Shown here: piece by piece, positions 37,287 to 46,851 of the stretch
Layout of the letters: every line of letters begins with the position of its first letter
Numbering within the stretch: the first letter of the stretch is position 1
Source of the DNA: Nitrospirota bacterium
Lineage (GTDB): Bacteria; Nitrospirota; UBA9217
Assembly (NCBI GenBank): GCA_963663225.1
Contig: OY760142.1
Location: forward strand, 480,001-544,000
Reading direction: 5' to 3'
DNA length: 64,000 nucleotides
The notes under the pieces: model-generated
The model's input: the letters and a program-made list of their open reading frames with translations, nothing else
Told to the model about the DNA's origin: nothing
Databases searched by the model: none
Program-made: the position numbers and the translations under genes

Positions 37287-38042
37287 ATGAAGCGAGAATT
37301 AGCCTATATACTGGCAGTTGCGGCATTCCTGCTCGTCCCCTGCCTGCCAGCCTCGGCAGACATTTATCAGTATACTGACGAGAACGGCGTGGTGCACTTC
37401 AGCAACGTCAGCGTCGGCGGCAGCAAAAAATTCAAAAAAGTAAAGTCCGAGCCTAAATCTGATTTGAAAAAAGAAGACACTTCTGAACCCGCGTCCGGCA
37501 TCCCCGGTCCGATTAAGCAGACGTCCTCCGGCATCCCGCACTCCTACATAGAGATTATCAATTCCGCCTGCTATAGTCACGGCGTGGATCCTTCGCTTGT
37601 GCATGCCGTCATTAAGGTGGAATCAAACTTCAACCCCTACGCGATGTCAAAGAAGGGGGCCATGGGGCTCATGCAACTCATGCCGCAGACCGCCGTGGAA
37701 ATGAATGTTAAGAACACATTCAGCCCGAAAGAAAATATTTACGGCGGGGTAAAATACCTCAAGTATCTTATGGACCGCTATGAGGGAAACCTTTCTCTGG
37801 CGCTCGCGGCGTACAATGCCGGCGAGACAACGGTAAAGCGCTGGGGTACGATCCCCCCGATAAAAGAAACGCAGAACTATGTACGAAGAATCCTGTCGCT
37901 GTACAATGGTAGCGGCGGCGTATTTGCTCCCCGGCATACCATCTATGTCGGCCATAGTGAGGACGGGGCGCTGATCTTTACGGACAATCCTTCCAAACAG
38001 CAGTTGAAGAAGCTTTCGCGAAACACTACAACGGAACTTTAA
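37287..38042 (+). CDS. Lytic transglycosylase (SLT) with DUF4124 domain
   Basis: DIYQYTDENGVVHFSN, VESNFNP, GAMGLMQLMP, AAYNAG, ETQNYV. Confidence 0.9.
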   Translation: MKRELAYILAVAAFLLVPCLPASADIYQYTDENGVVHFSNVSVGGSKKFKKVKSEPKSDLKKEDTSEPASGIPGPIKQTSSGIPHSYIEIINSACYSHGVDPSLVHAVIKVESNFNPYAMSKKGAMGLMQLMPQTAVEMNVKNTFSPKENIYGGVKYLKYLMDRYEGNLSLALAAYNAGETTVKRWGTIPPIKETQNYVRRILSLYNGSGGVFAPRHTIYVGHSEDGALIFTDNPSKQQLKKLSRNTTTEL

Positions 38043-38641
38043 TCAAATCCACACTATCTTTTCGAAATCCTGCATTCCTTCCACAATGTGATTTGTTGTG
38101 CCCCGATGGCCCACCTTCAATTCTGCTTCAAGATTGTAATGTTTCAGGCAGGTGCCGCACGAATAGATCTCTACCCCCATGGTTTCCATGTCCTTCAGCA
38201 CGCCGACGGTTTCATCATTCACGGTCGTCAGTTTCACGCCCGCATTTAGAAAAATCATCGTGTGCGGAAGCTGTTTATATATTTTCATGGTATCGAAAAA
38301 ACCTTTAAACAGCTTTTTGCCCAGGTCCTCGTCCTTGCCCATGCTGTCGGTCCCGATAATGAGCAGAAGAGATTTTTTTTTGTTTCCGGTTCCGCAATCT
38401 GCGCTCCGGCGTTTGATTTCGGTTGACAGGCATATCCTTTCACGATTCTGACCTTCCAGTCGCGGTCCTCCCGGTTGATCTCGGCAAAGAGCGCGTTCTG
38501 CGCAGCGTAGCCGGAAAGATTCATGGCGGATTCTTCATTGTCGACAATGACCTCGACAATCCCCTCTTTGATTGTGGACAGGGCCTCTTCCGCCATGAGT
38601 ACCGGCACGGGGCAGGCTTTCCCTCTTGCATCGATTTGCAT
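38043..38641 (-). CDS. yedF: Selenium metabolism protein YedF (TusA + DsrE), frameshifted at an A9 run
   Basis: IDARGKACPVPV in one frame; IGTDSMGK.EDLG..FLNAGVKL..SCGTCL in another; one extra A at 38373-38381 joins them. Confidence 0.8.
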
Positions 38642-38649
38642 ACGTCTCC

Positions 38650-39426
38650 TTATTTTTCAACCGGCATTTTCGCTTCTTTCCAGTCGGCAAATTTTGTCTG
38701 CGCGATGAATGGATACGCAAGCTTGATCAGCTTCCGGTAGGCAGAATAACTGCTGCCGCCGGTATTGCAATAAACGATGATCTTTTTCTCTTTTGGCAAA
38801 ACATCCGAACGGGTCGCAAAAACATCCACGGGAATATTGAGAGCCCCGGGAATATGTCCATCTTTGTATTCTGACTCACCGCGCACGTCAACAATGATAA
38901 GATCTCGGGTCTTGCTGTCGATAAGCTTTTTGAGGTCAACAGGAGTTATAATCGCGGTTTCCACTTTTTTAGAATAATCCGGTCCCGGCACAATGTTCAG
39001 TCCCTTTTCTTCCCATACCGGAAAACCTTCATTATAGATATTGATATTTTTGTATCCGACCGAAGCAGCTTTGATCGCTGACTTTTTGCTCTTTCCGCAT
39101 TTCACACCATTGCAATAAAACACCAGCAGCTTCGTTTTGTCTGCCGGAAGCAGCGCGCGGGACTCTTCGAATTTGTTTTCGGGAATGCTGACGGCGCCGA
39201 TAATATGCGCCTCCTGATATTCCGTCGCTGTTCTCGCGTCGATCAGGAAAAAGTCCTTTTTTGCGTCAAGCATCGCCTTAAGCTGTGCCGTCGAAAGAAC
39301 CGGGAATTCCTGCTCTGCACCCGAAGCCTGAAACGCCGTTGAGATGCTGAGCGCGCACAGAAGCAGAATCATAATCATATTGGCAGCCATTTTCTTTTTG
39401 TGCATCGTGTCCTCCAAAACAGTCAT
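38650..39426 (-). CDS. Exported tandem rhodanese-domain protein
   Basis: Signal peptide; IDAR..HIIGA..FYCNGVKCGKS and VDVR..GHIPGA..YCNTG. Confidence 0.85.
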   Translation of the reverse strand: MTVLEDTMHKKKMAANMIMILLLCALSISTAFQASGAEQEFPVLSTAQLKAMLDAKKDFFLIDARTATEYQEAHIIGAVSIPENKFEESRALLPADKTKLLVFYCNGVKCGKSKKSAIKAASVGYKNINIYNEGFPVWEEKGLNIVPGPDYSKKVETAIITPVDLKKLIDSKTRDLIIVDVRGESEYKDGHIPGALNIPVDVFATRSDVLPKEKKIIVYCNTGGSSYSAYRKLIKLAYPFIAQTKFADWKEAKMPVEK

Positions 39427-39451
39427 GGTTATTTTGAATGAAAAAATCGTT

Positions 39452-40309
39452 TTAAAGCTTCATGCTTTCCGCAAGGGCCCGCGGAATCTGCTCGATAATC
39501 TCTGATACCTGGGTGGCCGGAGTGGGTTTTGCATGGAAGCCCGCGAGACGGTTTGTTTCCGCCGCTAGGACTGCTGCTGTGCCTGTTTCCATGCCTCCGG
39601 AAATCAGTGCGGCGACGATTCCGGTGACCGTATCACCGGTTCCTCCGATAGGCTCCAGTGTTTCCACAAGGGGTTCGTTTACCATTGCGAGAATGCCGTT
39701 CCGGGTCGCCACATAATCCGTCCTGCCCTTCACCAGAAGGCACCGTGAAGCGTTCTCATGGGCATACGCACGGGCAATAAGGTCGGGCACACAGTTGCCG
39801 TCATGCAGAATAAACCCCCGTGTGTAGAACGGATGCGGTGCCTCCTCATCGGCCAGAAAGGCGAGTTCTCCGGCGTCCGGAGTGAAAAGATCAAACACAG
39901 GTGCCTGGCCGCTCATCTTGGCCGCATACATAAAGCCGGCATCCGCTATAAGAAGGGGCTTGCGGGGCATGTCCTCCAGTGAAAATAAAATGCGATTGCA
40001 GTAATCCATGTCCGGCAAGATATAATGAAAGGCGACAGCGGTGAAGTCCGCCATCGGAATGTGTCGCAGCAGATGCTCGTACAGTTTCTTGCTGCCCTTC
40101 CCGATGCCGGTGTCGCCTGCCAGGAAGCAAAACGGCAACGGCAGACCGAGGGCTTCGATCGTTTTGACAGCTGCGGCCAGCAGGGCCGGCGTGCCACGGA
40201 GCACCGGGATGGCATTGCCTTCCACGGTGATGCGGCCGTCCCTCAGGACGACCGGTCCGGCAACAAGGGGAAAATTCTCATCAGGTATGGTGCCGGCTAT
40301 CGCAAGCAT
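39452..40309 (-). CDS. Ribokinase-fold (YjeF-C-like) kinase of selenium clusters
   Basis: LIADAGFMYAAKM, FTPDAGELAFLAD, IGGTGDTVTG. Confidence 0.75.
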   Translation of the reverse strand: MLAIAGTIPDENFPLVAGPVVLRDGRITVEGNAIPVLRGTPALLAAAVKTIEALGLPLPFCFLAGDTGIGKGSKKLYEHLLRHIPMADFTAVAFHYILPDMDYCNRILFSLEDMPRKPLLIADAGFMYAAKMSGQAPVFDLFTPDAGELAFLADEEAPHPFYTRGFILHDGNCVPDLIARAYAHENASRCLLVKGRTDYVATRNGILAMVNEPLVETLEPIGGTGDTVTGIVAALISGGMETGTAAVLAAETNRLAGFHAKPTPATQVSEIIEQIPRALAESMKL

Positions 40310-40854
40310 CGACGCTGCATCTCCTCATAAGCCAGTTGCAGCGCGTAGCCGCAGAGCGTGTGGCCTATTTCCCTTGGCGCCGGCGCGTCCGGCAGAGCCT
40401 GCCCAACCAGCTGCTGTGCGAGATAGGGGACATCCGGGCATCCCCCGCCCGAAATATTTACTATGAGAAGGGTTTCCTTTTCCACGGTCAGCTTCATGTT
40501 CGCTGCGCGGACCATGAGGTAGCGGCCAAAGTCTTTCACCTGAAAAAGATCGACCGGTTTGAGCAGCAGGCTGTGGACAGGAACAATCTGAAGCGGAGGG
40601 ATTTCCGCTTTTTTCAGAATACGGACGATATGCAGCTGCTCAATGAGAGGAAATTCAATAACAAGATCACAACCCGTGCGGAGTTCGGGTGGAGGCCCCA
40701 TGACCCGGATCTGCCAGCCGTCCGCCTTCAGTACGCTTTCGGCCCGGATAACCTCGCTGGTATTTTCAAAAACCAGAATTCCCAGGTCCGCGGCCGGAGC
40801 GCCGGCAGGTTCATTCTTTTTCTTTTTTAAAAAATCAAACGCCACGGCAATCAC
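40297..40854 (-). CDS. DUF3343 domain protein
   Basis: GILVFENTSEVIRAE..PPELRTGCDL, SGGGCPDVPYL, TLCGY; GTG start overlaps the tusA stop. Confidence 0.72.
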   Translation of the reverse strand: MIAVAFDFLKKKKNEPAGAPAADLGILVFENTSEVIRAESVLKADGWQIRVMGPPPELRTGCDLVIEFPLIEQLHIVRILKKAEIPPLQIVPVHSLLLKPVDLFQVKDFGRYLMVRAANMKLTVEKETLLIVNISGGGCPDVPYLAQQLVGQALPDAPAPREIGHTLCGYALQLAYEEMQRRCLR

Positions 40855-41069
40855 GCTTTTATAATGGCGATCTTGAATCCTCCGCCATCCGGTTGCATGT
40901 CCCGTACCTTCCATCCGAGTGTTTCCACTGCGCGGACCACGTTTTCCTTTGAGGTGTCCGTGTCGACAAGAATGGTAAACGCCTCCAGCGTTGTGTCGGT
41001 GAGCGCGTCGAGCGTGGCAAGAACCGGTTGGGGACAGGAAAGCCCGCGGGTATCGATCACATTGTTCAT
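40851..41069 (-). CDS. TusA/SirA family protein
   Basis: IDTRGLSCPQPVL. Confidence 0.88.
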   Translation of the reverse strand: MNNVIDTRGLSCPQPVLATLDALTDTTLEAFTILVDTDTSKENVVRAVETLGWKVRDMQPDGGGFKIAIIKA

Positions 41070-42175
41070 GCAGCACCTCCGGAGGCGATTTTCTTTCTCA
41101 TGGTAAAACCGACAAGAAGGCAGAACAGAAGGCCGATAACAACGCCCGATATGCCGAAGGGTCCGATTCCTTTTGGAGAACTCGCGAGTCCAAAGTTGTG
41201 CGCGAAGGCCGCCCCGACCATCATCCCGACGACAAACACAGCGGCATCTCCGTCCCCTTCTCCTGATAAAAACAACTGGCGTCCAGGACATCCTCCTGCC
41301 AGTGTAAACGCGAGTCCGGCAAGCATCATGCCCAGGAAATTCCAAATGCTCATGGTATGGGCGACCGGCTGGTTTTCAAATCCCGGCTTGAATTGTCCAA
41401 GGGCCAGATTGACAACAAAGGCAGTCACGGCAAGGCCCGCGACGCCGTAAAACAGATGGGACTGCCGGAACAGGATCAAATCCCTGAACGCACCCATGGT
41501 GCAAAAACGGCTCCGCTGGGCCAGAAAACCGACCGCCAGCCCCGCGCCAAGCGACAGGAGGAGCGGCGCGTGCATGGCTCCCGGTCCCTTGACACTGTAA
41601 AAAAGAACAGTGTTTTTTTCCTGCCCCTCGATCTGGGGATACACCAGCATCAGCACAAGGAAGCCCATCATGATAAGGGGCATCATCCAGCCGACCGCGG
41701 TATGAGTCGATTGCGATCTGTTCAAACTGTATCCGGCTTTCAAAAACCGCGTGCCGATCCAGATGCCGGCTACAAGACCGAGCAGGCCAAAGATTGCATT
41801 CGCATCACCTCCGGTCAACCGCAGCACTGCGCGCCAGGGACATCCCAAAAAAACCAGGGCACCGATCATCGCGAAAACCCCCAGCAGAAACCGCACGATG
41901 GGATCCGAACCGGCCCGGGGACGAAACTCTTTAAAGCTGTATGCGGCAACCATGGCCCCCAACACAAACCCGATAAGTTCAGGCCGCATGTACTGAACGA
42001 TGTCCGCGCGATGCAACCCCAAAGACCCGGCAATGTCGCGCTCAAAGCAGGCAACACAAATACCCATGTTTCCCGGGTTCCCAAAATACTGCAGCAACGG
42101 TGCAAATAAGCCGATACACGCACCGACGCCGATGATTCCCCATTTTGTCGCAAAAAAATTCTTCAAAACAGCCAT
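41066..42175 (-). CDS. yedE: YedE-family putative selenium transporter
   Basis: GNPGNMGICVACFERDIAG, FLGCPWR, QRSRFCTMG, LAGGCPGRQL. Confidence 0.9.
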   Translation of the reverse strand: MAVLKNFFATKWGIIGVGACIGLFAPLLQYFGNPGNMGICVACFERDIAGSLGLHRADIVQYMRPELIGFVLGAMVAAYSFKEFRPRAGSDPIVRFLLGVFAMIGALVFLGCPWRAVLRLTGGDANAIFGLLGLVAGIWIGTRFLKAGYSLNRSQSTHTAVGWMMPLIMMGFLVLMLVYPQIEGQEKNTVLFYSVKGPGAMHAPLLLSLGAGLAVGFLAQRSRFCTMGAFRDLILFRQSHLFYGVAGLAVTAFVVNLALGQFKPGFENQPVAHTMSIWNFLGMMLAGLAFTLAGGCPGRQLFLSGEGDGDAAVFVVGMMVGAAFAHNFGLASSPKGIGPFGISGVVIGLLFCLLVGFTMRKKIASGGAA

Positions 42176-42303
42176 GTCATCTCCTTCACTGTATTTGCTT
42201 GTTTATTGACCGGGATAAAACATGCAGCGATAACGTAATTGATATTCTCGGAACAGGATGGAGCATCAGCAACACCGCAGCAATTATTCTGTATTTCTGC
42301 GTC

Positions 42304-42449
42304 TGGAGAGAGGAAGTGGGAATCGAACCCACCACGGTTCTCAGATGCATTCCGGCGTAAATATCCGGCAGATATCTCCGCCCGACTGTTGCATCGAACC
42401 GTGATTCTGGTTTTGCAGACCAGGAGGGGCGCCAGCCCCATTACCCCTC
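42304..42449 (-). tRNA. selC*-like tRNA-Cys (GCA) on a tRNA-Sec-type scaffold with a variable arm of about 73 nt
   Basis: About 8-bp acceptor stem, GGGGC-UGGC-GCCCC D arm, CUGGU-CUGCAAA-ACCAG anticodon arm, GUGGG-UUCGAUU-CCCAC T arm, U73-CCA. Confidence 0.8.
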
Positions 42450-42459
42450 ACGGCTATTG

Positions 42460-43512
42460 TTACTGCGTAACGAATATTTTACCGGGTTCCCCGGCAACGA
42501 CCTCACCGATCACTGCCCTGGTCTCGACACCCCGTACAGCGAGGCCGGAAAGAAGTGAATCGAGTTTGTCAGCGGCAACAGCGATCAGAAGTCCTCCGGA
42601 GGTCTGTGCATCTGCGAGAATCAGCTTATCAGTTTCAGCTATTTTTTTATCCCAAACAACCTTCTCGTCCACATACCGCAGGTTTGTACGGGAGCCGCCG
42701 GGAATCCACAAGCGTGCTAGATCCCCTACCCCGTCGAAAACCGGGACCTTTGAAAGTGAAAGTCGTGCACTGACACAACTGCGATGCAGCATCTCATGCA
42801 AATGACCGAGCAAACCGAATCCGGTGATGTCCGTCGCCCCTTTTACGCCTACATCCACCATGGCTTCAGACGCCGGTCTGTTCAGTGTCTTCATGCTCTT
42901 TGTTGCTGTTTCAATCAATGAGTTTGCTGCTTTGCCCACTTTAATTGCCGTGGAAATAATGCCGATACCGAGCGGCTTGGTCAGCACGAGTAAATCACCC
43001 GCGCAGGCGCCGCCCTTCAAAACAACCTTGTCAGGATGCACAATGCCGGTCACCGCCATACCGTACTTCGGCTCTTTGTCATCAATGGAGTGGCCGCCGA
43101 TGATGCTCACCCCGGCTTCCTGCGCCTTTTCAGCGCCGCCCCGCATGATTTTGCCGAGGACATCAAGGGACGCATCCTTCGGGAAGGCAACAAGGTTCAG
43201 CGCGGTAAGCGGTTTGGCTCCCATGGCGTAAATATCGCTCAGTGCGTTCGCCGCTGCGATGGCCCCGAAATCATAGGGGTCGTCGACAATCGGGGTAAAA
43301 AAATCCACGGTCTGAACCATGGCGATTTCATCGCTCAGCTTATAAACGCCGGCGTCGTCCTCTATGCCGGTAAGGACACGGGGGTCCGTGATCGCGGGAA
43401 GCGTCTGCAGAATCCGGTCCAACAACGTTGGACCCAGTTTGCAGGCTCAGCCCGCGCCATGGCTCAAGGCCGTCAGTTTCATCTGGCCGGAAAGGTCTTT
43501 CTCTTCAGCCAC
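42460..43512 (-). CDS. selD: Selenophosphate synthetase, selenocysteine-containing
   Basis: GGAGG RBS, GTG start, HGAG-UGA-ACKLG with the UGA at 43447-43449; DDAGV, TVDFFTP, GGHS, DAQTSGGLL. Confidence 0.95.
43416..43434 (-). promoter_or_regulatory. SECIS-like hairpin in selD
   Basis: GGUCCAAC-GUU-GUUGGACC starting 12 nt after the UGA. Confidence 0.75.
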
Positions 43513-43714
43513 AAAATCCTCCTCTCCGAGCGCAGTCCTTATTCACCCGCCGCAGACTAGCACCCGATACCTGAAAGAGTCAAATTGATAATATCTATGT
43601 TTTATGGAAAAAGGATAGGAATAAACAATGCCTGCCCGCAGAAACTGCCGGGAAATATGCGAACAGAATGAAAAACAGGATAGGCCTGATACGCAGATCC
43701 GGTTTTTCCGGCCA

Positions 43715-44656
43715 TTATTTGATAATCAGCCTGGGTTCTTCGATAAATACCTTTGAACCGGGAGGGACTGAATGCGTGATCCAGACATTGCCGCCGATTA
43801 CCGAACCTGCGCCAATCACAGTATCTCCGCCCAATACGGTCACTCCGGAATACAGAATGACATCACGCTCAATGGTCGGATGGCGTTTTTCCGTCCTGAG
43901 CTGCTCGACTTCCGTCTTGGGAACAGACAGGGCCCCCAGGGTGACCCCTTGATAGATTCGGACATGATCGCCTATTACTGTGGTTTCCCCGATGACGACG
44001 CCCGTGCCATGGTCGATAAAGAAGCTTTCCCCGATCCGCGCCCCGGGGTGGATGTCGATGCCGGTCACACTGTGGGCGTATTCTGACATGATCCGCGGCA
44101 CCAGAGGCACATTCTGCCTGTACAACTGATGGGCCATCCGCTGCACAGCGACCGCAAAGAGTCCGGGATAGCTGAAAATAATTTCATCATAACTCTTGGC
44201 TGCCGGATCGCCGTCATGGGCTGCGCGTATATCATCGGCAAGAAGCATCTTGATCCGGGGAAGCTCCTTCATAAAATTGATCACAATTTCTTTTGCCTGC
44301 TCCTCGCAGGTAAAGCAGGTCATGCCCCGTCTGCGGCATTCATGGCGCAGCGCGAATGCCACCTGCTGAGACAGCGCTTCATAGAACGCAGTGGCCTCCT
44401 GGCCGTAATAATAGATGAGATTGACCTTGTCAATGCGTATGCGCGAGAAGTATCCCGGGAACAGCAGCCGGCACGCCATCTGAATGATCTCAATAATCGA
44501 CTCCTTGGAAGGCAGCGGCTCTAGATCCACGTGGTTGAAACAGGTGTCTCCGTCGCAGGTGCGCACGAGCTGTTCAACAATACCCGGGATCTCATTCCGG
44601 TATTCCTTGATTTTTTTCCTGTTACTGTCGCATTGATCAGACGTCCGCTTGTCCAT
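43715..44656 (-). CDS. cysE: Serine O-acetyltransferase
   Basis: GDPAA, SYPG, GIDIHPGA, FIDHGTGVVIGET, KRHPT. Confidence 0.93.
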   Translation of the reverse strand: MDKRTSDQCDSNRKKIKEYRNEIPGIVEQLVRTCDGDTCFNHVDLEPLPSKESIIEIIQMACRLLFPGYFSRIRIDKVNLIYYYGQEATAFYEALSQQVAFALRHECRRRGMTCFTCEEQAKEIVINFMKELPRIKMLLADDIRAAHDGDPAAKSYDEIIFSYPGLFAVAVQRMAHQLYRQNVPLVPRIMSEYAHSVTGIDIHPGARIGESFFIDHGTGVVIGETTVIGDHVRIYQGVTLGALSVPKTEVEQLRTEKRHPTIERDVILYSGVTVLGGDTVIGAGSVIGGNVWITHSVPPGSKVFIEEPRLIIK

Positions 44657-44821
44657 TCAGACCTACCTCCGAAAAAAAACCTTTTTAGTGCGATTTCTAT
44701 TGTAGCCCATCTGCTTTCTTTACACAAGGGAGAAGAATGCGCCGTCTGGACACTCCTCCGAAGTTACGTTATACTGATGACAGCGGTACCTATATCAGTT
44801 TTTGTACGAGGTTATGCACTG

Positions 44822-45409
44822 ATGGAATTTATCCAGCCTTTTTTAATGAGTTTCATACCTCTCATGGTCGCCCTGGATGCGCCGGGAACGCTTCCCATCT
44901 TCGTCGGAATGACTGAAGACATGGAAAAGCAGGAGCGGGCGCGGGTGGTCCGCCAGTCGATCGTCACGGCGCTTCTTGTGACCATGGGATTCATTCTGAT
45001 CGGGCGGGCAGTCTTTAAAGCGCTCGGAATCCTGGTCGAAGACTTCATGATCGCGGGCGGCATCGTCCTGCTGATCATTGCCATTTATGATGTTCTGCGT
45101 GCGGGAGAGCGTAAGGTGTTGCAGAGCCGGGAACTCGGCGTCGTACCGCTCGGTACGCCCCTCATCGCGGGACCGGCAACGCTCACAACCGCCCTCGTCC
45201 TCGTCGGAAGCTATGGCTATGCCCCGGTCATGCTGTCCCTGGCCGCCAACCTGATCATTGCCTGGATTATTTTTTCCCAATCAGACCTGATCATCCGGCT
45301 GATCGGCATCAGCGGTTCCCGGGGTTTTGCCAAGGTCATGGCATTGATTCTGGCTGCTTTTGCCGTGAAAATGATCAGAACCGGCCTCATGGCCTTTATG
45401 CATGGTTGA
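44822..45409 (+). CDS. MarC family membrane protein
   Basis: Hydrophobic; FMIAGGIVL, VPLGTPLIAGPA. Confidence 0.88.
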   Translation: MEFIQPFLMSFIPLMVALDAPGTLPIFVGMTEDMEKQERARVVRQSIVTALLVTMGFILIGRAVFKALGILVEDFMIAGGIVLLIIAIYDVLRAGERKVLQSRELGVVPLGTPLIAGPATLTTALVLVGSYGYAPVMLSLAANLIIAWIIFSQSDLIIRLIGISGSRGFAKVMALILAAFAVKMIRTGLMAFMHG

Positions 45410-45464
45410 GTACGATACGGAAAGCAGTACGAAAGAGGAATTTCGGAATACTGTAATGATGCGT

Positions 45465-46595
45465 TCAGCGAGACCGCTTCTGAGGTCCTTTGCGCCGTAT
45501 GTATCCGGCGACCATGAGGTCTTGTCCCACGAACCGCGATGTCACCCCGGTGAGCCCTACTGCCTGGGCCAGTTTTAATGGTGACTCCCCGCCTATCGAA
45601 CAGAGTGAGTCTTTTCCGGTCATAAGCAACGGCGCGATAAACAATACAATTTTATCAACAATACCCGACCTGAGAGCGGCTGCATTGACCTCGGCTCCGC
45701 CTTCTACCAGGAGAGACATGATGCCCTTTGCCCCCAGTTTTTTCATCAGGTTCTTTAAGTCCAGGCGGTCGCGTTCCGCCGCAACTGTGATCACTTCCGC
45801 TCCCAACTTCTGAAGTTTCAAGATTTTGCCGGGAGGCGCATTCTTCTTCGCGGCAATGATGGTGCGCGCCGTTGACTTGCCGGTCAGGACCCTTGCCCTG
45901 AGCGGAATACGCAAGTGGGTATCAACAATGACCCGGACAGGGTCGCGGCCGCCCGGTATCCTCGCGGTCAGAGCCGGATCGTCTTTCAAGACGGTATTAA
46001 TGCCCGCAAGGATCGCATCATTGATGCTGCGGAGCCGATGGCCTTCCTTACGCGCTTGCTCTCCGGTTATCCACTTCGATTCTCCGGAAGCGGTTGCAAT
46101 TTTCCCATCCAGGGTCTGGGCGATTTTCAGCGTCACAAACGGCATCCCTGTGGTGACATGCCTGATAAACGCTTCATTCAAGGTTCGTGCTTCCGCTTCG
46201 AGGACGCCCAGGGTCACGGTAATCCCGGCGGCGCGAAGAGCCCGCAGTCCCTTGCCGGAAACACGGGGATTCGGATCAATCATCGCCACCACCACGCGTT
46301 TTACCCTGCTCTGGATGACAAGCGGAGTACACGGCGGCGTGCGTTTCCCCGTATGCGAGCACGGTTCCAGCGTGACATACAGGTCGGCGCCGCGGGCTTG
46401 TTCTCCGGCCTGTTGAAGCGCGTGCACTTCCGCGTGAGGGCCGCCGGCCCTCCGGTGAAAGCCACGGCCGATAATTGCGCCGTTCTTCACCACGACCGCC
46501 CCGACCATGGGGTTCGGGCTTGTTCTGCCCCTGGCCTTTGCAGCAAGCCGCAGTGCCACGCGCATATATTGTTCGTCAAGAGCCTGTTGTTTCAT
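45465..46595 (-). CDS. ribD: Riboflavin biosynthesis deaminase/reductase
   Basis: TSPNPMVG, HAEV, TLEPCSH..PPC, LDGKIA, VEGGA. Confidence 0.95.
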   Translation of the reverse strand: MKQQALDEQYMRVALRLAAKARGRTSPNPMVGAVVVKNGAIIGRGFHRRAGGPHAEVHALQQAGEQARGADLYVTLEPCSHTGKRTPPCTPLVIQSRVKRVVVAMIDPNPRVSGKGLRALRAAGITVTLGVLEAEARTLNEAFIRHVTTGMPFVTLKIAQTLDGKIATASGESKWITGEQARKEGHRLRSINDAILAGINTVLKDDPALTARIPGGRDPVRVIVDTHLRIPLRARVLTGKSTARTIIAAKKNAPPGKILKLQKLGAEVITVAAERDRLDLKNLMKKLGAKGIMSLLVEGGAEVNAAALRSGIVDKIVLFIAPLLMTGKDSLCSIGGESPLKLAQAVGLTGVTSRFVGQDLMVAGYIRRKGPQKRSR

Positions 46596-46851
46596 AGGGA
46601 CCAATGAGAAAACGTGCAAAACAATGAAGCAACCATCCTGTCGTTGCCGTTGTTGAATTATACCAGATTGCCCGTTGTTTGCAATCTCTTACACGAAACA
46701 ATGCGCTGTCCCGGCTGAAACCATTTGTCTTTATGTTCTTTCCGGCATGCAGATAAAACCGGATATATATTGACTTATTTTATTTTTTATACTAAGGTAA
46801 CAAATATTTTTTTATTCATACTTGTAAGAATACCGCAAACGGGGGGCTGGT

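Noticed and set aside
41357-42109. Long antisense ORFs over yedE, and similar ones over ribD, cysK and the kinases
   Set aside because: Shadow frames of well-supported genes with no recognisable motifs
42304-42449. Calling this RNA canonical tRNA-Sec (selC)
   Set aside because: The anticodon is GCA rather than UCA, and the discriminator is U rather than G
46600-46850. FMN riboswitch upstream of ribD
   Set aside because: RFN consensus motifs not found
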